From positions 32,001 through 96,000 of the IMG/VR virus record IMGVR_UViG_3300035562_000082: a stretch of DNA of 64,000 nucleotides. One strand, 5' to 3'. This document shows positions 28,422-37,789 of this stretch, in pieces. The number at the start of each line of letters is the position of its first letter. Positions within the stretch are counted from its first letter, which is position 1. Origin of the DNA: a virus. Lineage: Duplodnaviria > Caudoviricetes. The notes under the pieces are model-generated. The model was given only the letters and a program-made list of their open reading frames with translations, was not told where the DNA came from and made no database searches. The position numbers and the translations under genes are program-made.

Positions 28422-29455
28422 AGTACCTGCCGGCCAATACTCTTGCGTATTACCAAGCGGCGCCGCAGTTTAAACCGCAGGTGTTGACCCATGTGCCGGT
28501 AGCGCGATTGGCCAAGGCCACGCAGATTTACCGGCAGGGTCATACCACGGAGGTACCACCTACGGAGGAAGCCGCCCGGTTCTATGCGTTGAATCACTGT
28601 GCGTCGATCGTACGTGCGCGGTTTACCGTCAATGAGGTTCTGCCGGCCTGGGCGCAGGCGGTGATGCAGGTGTATCTTGAGACCACGATCAAGCAGTCTG
28701 AACGCCTACTGCACTACATGATGTGCATCATCACGCGCGAGGCCCGTAATCAAGGGCACATGACCGACCTTGGGGGGAAGGTTATGGCGGAGATCGAACA
28801 CCAGAGTCCGCAAATGCGGGAGTTCCTGGAACAGATCAAATCCACTGCTGAAATGCAGGCGGTGGGCTGGTATATGGAACAACCGCCAGCGGTAACGGCC
28901 GAGCAGTATGTGCAGGCCATAGCCCACTTGTTTGACCACGGTAAGTGGAGCAGTAGCTACGGCGGGAAGAACTGGGGGAACATCGCGCGGACGGTGTTGA
29001 AGGTCTTGACCGGTGTAACGTCGTTGGAGACCTTGACCGACACCGCGTACACGTTGGCGCACAACGGTGGGCCGATGTTCAACAAGGGCATGCTCTATTC
29101 TTCTTCAGATGAAATCAAAGAACGGTTGTTGATGGTGTTGGACGTACAGCGTGGAGGTCAAGTACCGGAGTTGTTTTTGGATCAGGAGAATTGGGCGGGC
29201 CTTGTACGACCCCCGGGTATCGTGCAGATCGTAGAGCAAGTTCGTCACGAAGTACCTAAGGCCATTGGGCAGTACGTGGATTGGCAGAAGGTGATCAACG
29301 CCAGTCCCGTGGGCGAGTACGACCACCAGTTGAGCAAGCAGCAGCAGAAGCACCCGGCGCCGCAGGTTCAGATGTTCATGGGCAAGCCCGCGAAGAAGGT
29401 CGGGGAGTTCCAGGTGTTTCCTGGGCAATCGGTTGAAGTGTACGAACGAGGATGA
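28418..29455 (+). CDS. Conserved hypothetical protein (345 aa)
   Basis: Long ORF; motif-like W.S.YGG..W..IA...D....AHNGG.MFNK. Confidence 0.7.
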   Translation: MKYLPANTLAYYQAAPQFKPQVLTHVPVARLAKATQIYRQGHTTEVPPTEEAARFYALNHCASIVRARFTVNEVLPAWAQAVMQVYLETTIKQSERLLHYMMCIITREARNQGHMTDLGGKVMAEIEHQSPQMREFLEQIKSTAEMQAVGWYMEQPPAVTAEQYVQAIAHLFDHGKWSSSYGGKNWGNIARTVLKVLTGVTSLETLTDTAYTLAHNGGPMFNKGMLYSSSDEIKERLLMVLDVQRGGQVPELFLDQENWAGLVRPPGIVQIVEQVRHEVPKAIGQYVDWQKVINASPVGEYDHQLSKQQQKHPAPQVQMFMGKPAKKVGEFQVFPGQSVEVYERG

Positions 29456-30195
29456 TCATGGGCAAGAAGTTGAGTTCGAGTTCGTACGCGCTACCGGCCT
29501 GGGCAGAGGCGGAGATCGCCAGTGCGCCGATGGTGCGGTGTTACGAAACGCATCCTAAGTTATCGGTGACCGATGCCTCGACTGGTCATACGTACTGGGT
29601 GTACGGTGGTAGCTGTAGCTGGCCGGTGGTGGACGACGCGGATATCTACATCGGACTTGATCGCAGCATGACCTTTGCCCATCAGTTGTACCCATGGGAT
29701 GAACCAAAGGTCGATCCGGTGATCGAGGTGCAGTATGTGATCGTGGACATGAGTGTGCCGGCTGATCCGTCGTCGTTCAAGCGGATGGTTAAGTGGATCT
29801 GTCAACAGATTCTTGTGGGCAAGAAGGTGCACGTGGGATGCATCGGTGGTCATGGTCGGACGGGCATGGTGCTGGCGGCCATCGTGTTCGAGCTTTCGGG
29901 CAATCATCAGGCCATTCTGTACGTGCGTGAGCACTACTGCAAGAAGGCCGTGGAGGCCAGTGAACAGATCGAGTTTCTTCATGAGCAATATGGCATGGAC
30001 AAGGCCCAGGCGACCAAGAGCGCGGATGGGAAGGGGTGGAAAGGCGAGGGGGCGTGGGATGGTCAGACCAAGCTGCCGGCGATCTGGCAAGGTAAGGCCC
30101 AGCCACTGCAATCAGTTGCATTTTCTAACGCCACTAGGGTGATTGATCCGACACCCAGCAAGAAATCCTTGTGGAATCCGATTGACAAACCCTAG
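29452..30195 (+). CDS. Second Cys-based PTP/DSP-like phosphatase
   Basis: IVDMSVP; HVGCIGGHGRTG; YVREHYCKKAVEASEQ. Confidence 0.85.
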   Translation: MIMGKKLSSSSYALPAWAEAEIASAPMVRCYETHPKLSVTDASTGHTYWVYGGSCSWPVVDDADIYIGLDRSMTFAHQLYPWDEPKVDPVIEVQYVIVDMSVPADPSSFKRMVKWICQQILVGKKVHVGCIGGHGRTGMVLAAIVFELSGNHQAILYVREHYCKKAVEASEQIEFLHEQYGMDKAQATKSADGKGWKGEGAWDGQTKLPAIWQGKAQPLQSVAFSNATRVIDPTPSKKSLWNPIDKP

Positions 30196-30210
30196 GGGCT
30201 GTGTTATGCT
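30182..30210 (+). promoter_or_regulatory. sigma70-type promoter P8
   Basis: TTGACA-17-TATGCT. Confidence 0.8.
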
Positions 30211-30244
30211 ACGAGTATTGAACGCCGTCTGATCAAGGGAGTGA

Positions 30245-31210
30245 GTGGTGGCGTTGGCGGACAAACAACAGCAGTTCTTCAACCACGTATTGGCCAAGGA
30301 TCACGCCACTACATTGGCTAGGATCCCGCTGTTGGTCAATGATCATCACGTGGAGTTCGACATTCAGTTGTACTCGATCAAGGCCATGATCAACGGCGTG
30401 GGTTCGGCCGTGCATTTGAAATCCAGCACCAACAGCATGATGAAATGCCTGGGTCTACCGTCGGTGCCGACGGAGGTCCTGGTCTCGCAGAAGATGGTCG
30501 CGGGGTTCATCGACAGTTACTACGAGAAGGTCACGGGGTTGGCGGTTAATGTGCCGGTGTCGGATATTCCGGTTGCGGGAAAATCCATGAAGTTCATGGA
30601 CCCCACTAAGTTGATGCCCGATGCGAAGCTGAAGATCGTGCAACCGTGGACTATGGCGGATGTTGGGGAAAAGCCCACCAAGGGTATTGCCGCAGCGGTT
30701 GATGGTGAAAACGGTGGAACTGTTGCGACAGGAGGTCAGCAAGCGGGTAAATCCACGGCTGTTCACATAGGTAAAACCTTGGCTGGAGGTATGGATCTTG
30801 AACAGGCAGCAGCGGTGGCCAAATCAGCGGAGAAGCATGAGTCGGTGTCCAAGCAACCGGCGTGCAAGCCCGGGGTGGTCAAGTTGGCGGACGCCGAGGC
30901 CCTAGGGCAGAGGGTTTACGGTACGAACGAAGGTTCGATCTACAGGTTGATCGCCGCCAATCAACGAGTGAAGGTCGCGGCCAGGGTCAAGGGCCATCAA
31001 CTGTCGATCCGGGTGGAGGTCAAAGCCGCGTTGGTGCCGGAGATTATCAACATCAAGAACAGCGGTGTCACGTGGCATGAACAGGGTTACGGGTCGCTGC
31101 ATCTGGGGTGCAATGGTATGCCGGTGTCGAAAGTCCTGGGGGCGTATCTCTATGGCCTGGGTATCCACTTTGATCGTGTGCTGGCCCCTGGTGAAGAGGT
31201 ACCGGTGTGA
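30245..31210 (+). CDS. Hypothetical protein (321 aa)
   Basis: Long ORF behind P8 with AGGGAG RBS. Confidence 0.7.
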   Translation: MVALADKQQQFFNHVLAKDHATTLARIPLLVNDHHVEFDIQLYSIKAMINGVGSAVHLKSSTNSMMKCLGLPSVPTEVLVSQKMVAGFIDSYYEKVTGLAVNVPVSDIPVAGKSMKFMDPTKLMPDAKLKIVQPWTMADVGEKPTKGIAAAVDGENGGTVATGGQQAGKSTAVHIGKTLAGGMDLEQAAAVAKSAEKHESVSKQPACKPGVVKLADAEALGQRVYGTNEGSIYRLIAANQRVKVAARVKGHQLSIRVEVKAALVPEIINIKNSGVTWHEQGYGSLHLGCNGMPVSKVLGAYLYGLGIHFDRVLAPGEEVPV

Positions 31211-33841
31211 GTGTTCAAAAGCCATGGATTATTACACTTGAGGGTGATAGTGTGGTTATTCGTCGTCGGGGTAAGCCTGGGCGTATTCGTATTGACGCTG
31301 AGGACAAACATTTTGTTGTCGGTGTTTATGAAGATCTTGACTTCGGTGAAAAAGAACCGGAATTGAATACGTCGATAACGATTGAGTACAGTGAACTTGA
31401 GGTTTTGAGAGATGAAGACCACAAGTCCACAGGCGCGTAAACTACTGACGGCGTTGAACAGCACGTCCGTGGGCGCGGAGGTCAAGTTGGATCTACCGAG
31501 TCTGATACCGGCGTTGCCGTCCAAGGTGCAGGCGATGTTGACCGAGGCCGAGCCCGGCAAGAACTACAGGCTGTCGCTTTGTTGGTGCGGGGTGTTGTTG
31601 ACCGACGTGTGGGTGGAGGTCAAGGACGGCTAGTTGAAAGCGGAGGTCATGTGAAAACCCCGGATACACTGCTATGGGCAGTGGCGGATACACTGCAATT
31701 GAAATTGCATCTGCTGGGCAAGGGCTTTCAGGCGACGGCGATGCGCGACGTACAGGTTGGGTTGTGGAAGCTCCAGCTTGACCTCGTGGCGCGATCGGAC
31801 GTACTGGAAGAGCAGTGTGCGGCGTTTCTGGTGCATGTGCTGGGCTGCCTGTGGATGTATGTGGTGGCGACCGAGGGTAAGATCGTGGTCACGGCCTTTG
31901 ATGGCCCGGCAGTGGGTCTGCGGGTGAAAACCTTGGGGGGCTATGGTATGGGTTCAGTGCCCGGGACGTTGAAGAAGATCGGGCCGGGGATCAAGCAGAA
32001 GTTCGAGTTCAATGGCGAGACCTGGGATACGCTATGACCGCGCTTAAAAGACTGGAGATCATTGAACATCGTAGCAAGGACTTGCAGCGACAGCTTGATG
32101 ATATGTATACGCAGTTGAAGAATAAAAAACTTGATCCCGCGTTTTTAGCGTGTTTATTTCATGGCACGTCAGGTCATTTGTCTGCGATTAACGGGCACGC
32201 GAGCTTGTTGAAAGAGGAGTTGGAGAAGGTCCTTGGGAGGAGCGATGGCTGAAACTATGCCTTGTATGTGCGGGCATTCGATCGAAGAACATCATGGGGG
32301 TGACCCACAATATCCAGGTTCAACCGCGTGCACCGAGTGTGAGTGCATTGCGTATGAGGCCGACGACCCCGATACGGTGGTGGAGACATGAAGGTCTTTA
32401 CCTGCAAGTCCACGGGGGTGATCCTTGGGTACTATGCAGTGGTGGCGGCTCACGATCATCAGCAGGCCCTGACGTTGGTGAACGAACGGATGGAAGCCCT
32501 GGGTTTACGTCCGGCAAAAGCGGATGAGCTTCAGGAATTTGAGACCAATGTTCCGAATGTGGAGACGCTGTTCGATGGAGACTACTGAAGATTGGAAACT
32601 GGAGTACATGTTGCTTCGGGAAGTTCCTGGGATTGGTCTGTGCGGGATCAAGCCCATGATGTTCACCTACAGTTTGGTGGTGCGTCTGGATGAAATGGGG
32701 TATCAGTGGCGGTATTGTTATGAGTATGCGGCTGATGCAGTGGCGGCGATTAAACAGTGGGATGGTAAGGATCATCCGCCCGGACCGTGGATCAAGCTCA
32801 AGGGCCTGGGTATGCCCGAGCTTCTTGGACCAGGAGCAGGTGATGGCCACGTTTAATGACCGGCGGACGATCGATCGACTGATGGCCAACGACGGGTGGC
32901 TGCCTGAGTGCGGGGATCGTACGGCGCCGGATAATCCACCGGTAATCAGGATCGTTGAGTACATGAACATGGAGGGCCGGCTTGCGTGGGGTGTGGTGTT
33001 CGACGGCGAGCGAGATCCCTACAGGTACGAGCGACCATCGGAGTACATTTACGAACCCAGGGTGATCTGGGTGCGATCTGGAAGGAGTAGATTATGATCA
33101 CCAGAGCCGAGCATCTAGCGTGGTGTAAGCAACGTGCACTTGCGTACGTGGAGGCCGGGCAACCTCAAGAGGGCTTGACCTCGATGTTCAGTGACCTGGA
33201 GAAGCATCCGGAGACCCAGGGACATCCGGGTTCACGCATTGGCCTGGGGTTGATGATGATCGGAGATCTTGCGACGGCCGATAAGGCACGGCGGTTCATC
33301 GAGGGCTTCAACTGATGCTTGAACTTGGCCAAACGCTGCGGATGGACCCTAGTGTGTGTCCGGTGTGCGGGCGAGGAATCACGGCCGCAACGTGTGCTAC
33401 CGGTCAGCATGCGCCAAAGCCAGAGGACTTGACCGTGTGCTTTGGCTGTTTGATGGTCTTGAAGTACGATCAACAGCTACGGCCGGTCAAGTTGCCGGAC
33501 GAGGAGCTATGGGCGCTGCCGTTGGATATGCTGGAGGACATTCAAGCACTCCAGCATAAACTGGAGCAGGTTAAGCGCCGGGAGAACAGAACATGAAGAC
33601 CCGGGACATGACGGTCGAAGAACTTCATCAGTGGTATCCGGGGTTGTCGAATCCGGATAGTCCGGTGTTGGCCAACGGTATAGAGCGTGATCGGGAGTTC
33701 ATGCTTAGGCGTACGCGTAAGACCTGCCCACCGTGTATCAAGTCCGAGAACTGTGCGGTTGATCAAGTGTGTTTGCAACATGAGTTTCAGGCCAAGGGCG
33801 GGCTGCCGGGGATCAACAGCAGGGAATGCCAAGGGTAGATC

Positions 33842-36244
33842 GTGCTGTTGTTGTGGACGGTCCATCCATCTAGTCGAGCGCTCACGGCCGTCGGGCAGGT
33901 AATCCGTTATCACCAGGATCTGGAGGTCCAGGTACAGAACGACATGCAGGCCATCCCCAATCCTCCGGGGTTGCATGTGCTGTTGGCCATGGGCGGGGAG
34001 CCGCTGGAGGTCCTGCGTGGACAGAAGATCGTACAGAAGAACCGTACGATCACCAGCCTCAGGAATCAACCGATCGTCCTGCCCAATACTCAGGCCCGGG
34101 GGTTGATCACCTACAGTCCGGAGATCTCGGAATTCGACTACGGGCACTTCGTGGACCTTCAGTGCGATGTGGGGGCGGCCATCAGGTTGGCGAAGACCGG
34201 GACAATAGAACCTCAATTAGGAGACTATCAGTACGTACCGGATCTCCAGCAGGTTCGTCAAGACCTGGAGAACCATTATCAACACCTACAGCACCCGGTG
34301 GACCTGGGGTTCGACACCGAGACCCGAGGGTTGGATCCGCTGGCCAAGGCCAAGCCCGATTGTCCACCGGGGTACATCATCAGTCTTCAGGTAGCGCATT
34401 TACCTGGACGTGCACAGGTTGTGTACTTTGAGAGCCTACAGCAGTTTACTCAGTGGCTGACCACGGGCACGAACCGACAGGACCTACAGTGGTTGTTGAC
34501 CACGAACAAGATCAAGCTCAAGGGCGCGAACGGCAAGTACGATCTCAACTGGATCTACCAGCACACGGGTATCGAGTGCACGAACTACGTGTTCGACACC
34601 ACGTTGGTGGGCAGCCTGTTGGACGAGAACCGATCGAACGGCCTGGACGTACACACCAAGATCTACGCACCGGCCCTTGGGGGCTACAGCGATGAGTTCG
34701 ACCGCACGACCGACAAGAACCGCATGGACCTCGTACCACCGACCAAGCTTCTACCGTATGCAGCGGCGGACGCTGATGCTGTGCTCCAGGTGGCGGCGGT
34801 CATGCGCGAGCAACTACTACAGGATCCGGCGCTCACACGGTTCTACGTTCATCTACTGCATCCAGCGGCTAGGGCGTTTGAAGTGGTCGAGCGCACGGGC
34901 ATCCTGGTCGATCAACAGGCCATGGCCGAGCTTAGATCGGACTTGAACACCGAGATTCTGCAATTGATTGCCAAGGCCAAAGGGATTTTAGGTGGTCGAG
35001 TGATCGCCAAACACGGTGATCCGGAGAAGCTTGGTGGGCTTAACCTCACAAAGCCCAGTATGTTGTGCGACTTCATGTTCAGCCCTATGGGGTTGAACCT
35101 CACGCCCAGGCTGATGACCGCTGGTGGACCGGAGGGCAAGGGCGAGAAGAAACCCGCCACGTCCATGGAACACCTGATGATGTTCGAGGACGTACCGGAG
35201 GCCCAGGAGTTTGTGCGGTTGATGAAGGACTATGGGAGCGCCACCAAGACCCTGAGTACGTACGTGATGAACACCGAGGGCACAAAGGGGTTCATGACGT
35301 TCCTGCGATCGGACGGACGATTTCACCCGAGCTATTGGTTCTTCGTCGGCAACAAGGACGAGGATGAGGGCGGGGCGGTAACCGGTCGGTTGTCGTGCAG
35401 GGATCCGGCGTTTCAAACAGTGCCGAAGCTCACGAAGTGGGCGAAGAGAATCCGCAGGTGTTATCCAGCACCACCCGGGTATGTGGTGGTGGAGATGGAT
35501 TTCGTACAGGGCGAGTTGATGGTCATTGCCTGCTTGGCGAATGAACCGAAGATGATCCAGGCGTTCCTGGAGAACAAGGATATGCATGTGCTGACCGGTA
35601 GCTCGATCGCCGGCATGACCTACGAACAGGTGCTGGCGCTCAAGCACACAGAGCCCGTGAAGTACGAACACATACGGTATCAGGCAAAGCCCGCGAACTT
35701 TGGATTGATCTACGGGCAGTTTGAGGAAGGGTTTAAGCGGTTTGCAGAGTTAAATTATGAACTAAAGATGTCGCTTGAGCGTGCAAAGGAGATTCGGAAT
35801 GGTTTTTTTGAGTTGTATGAGGGATTGGTAAAGTACCATAAAGAAATCAAGGCGTTTGCGCACAGACATGGTCACGTGCGTAGTCCCCTTGGTAGAATCC
35901 GGCACCTGCCGTTGATCAACAGCAAGAACAACGTGATCAGACAGCATGCAGAGCGTCAGGCGGTCAACAGCCCGACGCAGGCCACGTTGTCGGACATGCT
36001 GTTGCTGACCATTGCGTTGGAGCACCAGCAGGGGTTGTTCAAGCACGCACCGTGCTTTGCGGCTGTTCATGATGCCAAGTACTCGTACGTGCTGGAAGAT
36101 CAGGTGACGACGGTCGTACCGCAGATGGTGGAGATCATGGAGCACCTGCCGTTTGAGAAATTCAACTGGAAGCCGCAGTTGGCGTTCAAGGCCGACGTGA
36201 AGGTCGGGCTGAACATGGCGGATCTCAAGGAGTGGGTACAATGA
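33842..36244 (+). CDS. Family A DNA polymerase with 3'-5' exonuclease and a degenerate N-terminal UDG-like region
   Basis: ExoI FDTET, ExoII NGKYD, ExoIII YAAAD; TGRLS; motif A MDFVQGEL; motif B RYQAKPANFGLIYG; motif C VHDA. Confidence 0.95.
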   Translation: MLLLWTVHPSSRALTAVGQVIRYHQDLEVQVQNDMQAIPNPPGLHVLLAMGGEPLEVLRGQKIVQKNRTITSLRNQPIVLPNTQARGLITYSPEISEFDYGHFVDLQCDVGAAIRLAKTGTIEPQLGDYQYVPDLQQVRQDLENHYQHLQHPVDLGFDTETRGLDPLAKAKPDCPPGYIISLQVAHLPGRAQVVYFESLQQFTQWLTTGTNRQDLQWLLTTNKIKLKGANGKYDLNWIYQHTGIECTNYVFDTTLVGSLLDENRSNGLDVHTKIYAPALGGYSDEFDRTTDKNRMDLVPPTKLLPYAAADADAVLQVAAVMREQLLQDPALTRFYVHLLHPAARAFEVVERTGILVDQQAMAELRSDLNTEILQLIAKAKGILGGRVIAKHGDPEKLGGLNLTKPSMLCDFMFSPMGLNLTPRLMTAGGPEGKGEKKPATSMEHLMMFEDVPEAQEFVRLMKDYGSATKTLSTYVMNTEGTKGFMTFLRSDGRFHPSYWFFVGNKDEDEGGAVTGRLSCRDPAFQTVPKLTKWAKRIRRCYPAPPGYVVVEMDFVQGELMVIACLANEPKMIQAFLENKDMHVLTGSSIAGMTYEQVLALKHTEPVKYEHIRYQAKPANFGLIYGQFEEGFKRFAELNYELKMSLERAKEIRNGFFELYEGLVKYHKEIKAFAHRHGHVRSPLGRIRHLPLINSKNNVIRQHAERQAVNSPTQATLSDMLLLTIALEHQQGLFKHAPCFAAVHDAKYSYVLEDQVTTVVPQMVEIMEHLPFEKFNWKPQLAFKADVKVGLNMADLKEWVQ

Positions 36245-36801
36245 CCGTCAAGAAGATCTTTCTGGGGCCTGTGGTGGGGATTGATGAACCAATGACGGCA
36301 GAAAAGATAGTTAAAGCCGAGTTGTCTAAGGCATTGGCAAAGTTAGCGGATACTGCGATGATGTCCCTTGGACAAGGGTTTCAGACGTTCGACAACACGC
36401 CCGAGGGTGAAGTTGCGTATCTCAAGACCAAGGTCACGCATTTGGAGATCATCATTGCGGAGTTCGTGGATAAACAGAGAGCGCAGTATCAACATTTGAT
36501 TGACTACACGCAGACGCAGGTGATGGAGCGTCTACAGGAGTTGGAGAACAATAGTGCGCCTCAAGTACTGTTTGCTCGACTTGAGGAGCTAGCGCTAGGA
36601 CAAAAACAAGAAATAGATGTTGTTAGCAAGTACTGCGAACGACTGGAGATGCTGGAGGAACAAACTGCGGGCACGAACGCCAAGGTATTGGAGTTGGCAA
36701 CCGAACTTTTTGCAAAGTGGGTTGCCTGCACCACACGGATTGAGCTTTTGGAACAACGGGTCCATGAGATTCAGCAGTTTTTGGTGCTCAAGACGGCTTG
36801 A
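36241..36801 (+). CDS. Coiled-coil hypothetical protein
   Basis: Heptad-rich; ATGA overlap with the polymerase gene. Confidence 0.6.
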   Translation: MTVKKIFLGPVVGIDEPMTAEKIVKAELSKALAKLADTAMMSLGQGFQTFDNTPEGEVAYLKTKVTHLEIIIAEFVDKQRAQYQHLIDYTQTQVMERLQELENNSAPQVLFARLEELALGQKQEIDVVSKYCERLEMLEEQTAGTNAKVLELATELFAKWVACTTRIELLEQRVHEIQQFLVLKTA

Positions 36802-36973
36802 CTTTGCGATTGAACTGCGCGGCCGATTCGTACGTGAGTTGTGGGAACGTCGAAGAGTGATTGGTTTTGCGTGCGGGCAGAAACGCCAGCAGCCAGATCA
36901 GTCCGCAGGCAAGGAACGGCGTGAGACAGAAGCCGATGATCAGCGCCCAGGTAGGTCCGTCGGATAAGAACAT
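36788..36973 (-). CDS. Small putative membrane protein downstream of pilin
   Basis: Hydrophobic WALIIGFCLTPFLACGLIWLLAFL; same strand as pilin. Confidence 0.4.
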   Translation of the reverse strand: MFLSDGPTWALIIGFCLTPFLACGLIWLLAFLPARKTNHSSTFPQLTYESAAQFNRKVKPS

Positions 36974-37082
36974 GGTGGTCTTTCGTTTAGGTTGATGGGG
37001 GCCGGTTATTCGATACCGGCAAACGTCGGCTCTCGTTTTTCGCCGATGTCATCGCAGCTTAGGGTGTGCGTGCCCGCCCAAA

Positions 37083-37556
37083 TTAATGCTGGCAGGTCGC
37101 GGGTAGGAACGGATAGGCCGCAACGATAGCACCAGCGGCCGTACCATTGGCAGCCGTGGACGTACCGCAGGTCCAGGTCACCGTACCATCGGCATTGCCA
37201 ACGCCGAAGATCCCCAGGAACTTGCCGTCAAGGGTCGAGCCCGTAGCGCCGACGGTCGTTACTACGCCAGCCACCGTGGCACTGGCTTGGTTGTAGGAAA
37301 TGGCGGTCATGTACTTGACGTTGGACGGCAGGGTGGTGCTGACCGGGCTGGCGGTAGTCGCCGGGAACGCCCCTTGCGATTGATAGGCTTCCGTCAGCGC
37401 GATCTTCGCGGCATCCAGGAACGTGATTTCCTCGGTGACCTTTGAGCGCGTCAGGTAGTTTTGATACTGCGGCAGGGCGATGGCCGCCAGGATGCCGATG
37501 ATGGCAACCACGATCATCAACTCGATGAGCGTGAAGCCCGTTTGTTTACGTTGCAT
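37083..37556 (-). CDS. pilA: Type IVa major pilin
   Basis: MQRKQTG|[27 protein letters not shown] class III signal; C-terminal disulfide loop WTC...PATC; RBS GAGGG. Confidence 0.95.
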   Translation of the reverse strand: MQRKQTGFTLIELMIVVAIIGILAAIALPQYQNYLTRSKVTEEITFLDAAKIALTEAYQSQGAFPATTASPVSTTLPSNVKYMTAISYNQASATVAGVVTTVGATGSTLDGKFLGIFGVGNADGTVTWTCGTSTAANGTAAGAIVAAYPFLPATCQH

Positions 37557-37601
37557 AGTCTGTCCCTCAGGTTTCCGGCTTATTGCCGGCAGGAAGATAG
37601 T

Positions 37602-37618
37602 AAGCAATGACCGTGCCA
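37602..37618 (-). promoter_or_regulatory. sigma54 (-24/-12) promoter of pilA
   Basis: Minus strand reads TGGCAC-GGTCA-TTGCT, about 45 nt upstream of the pilin ATG. Confidence 0.85.
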
Positions 37619-37671
37619 GGAGCTAAGTACTTGAGTTGCAAAGGCTTTTGATTTCCTAGCCAAGTGGATGA

Positions 37672-37710
37672 TGACAAATTGCGTCACCTTGAGTGACGTA
37701 GCTTGTCACG
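37672..37710. promoter_or_regulatory. Putative enhancer-binding-protein (PilR-like) upstream sites
   Basis: Inverted repeats TGAC-N7-GTCA (37672) and GTGAC-N7-GTCAC (37693) upstream of the sigma54 promoter. Confidence 0.5.
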
Positions 37711-37789
37711 TGGGTGACGTACATTGGCAATTGATTGCCCGGAGGGGTTGGGTGGCGTAGACTGCCGGCGTTCACACAATGGGGTGCGT

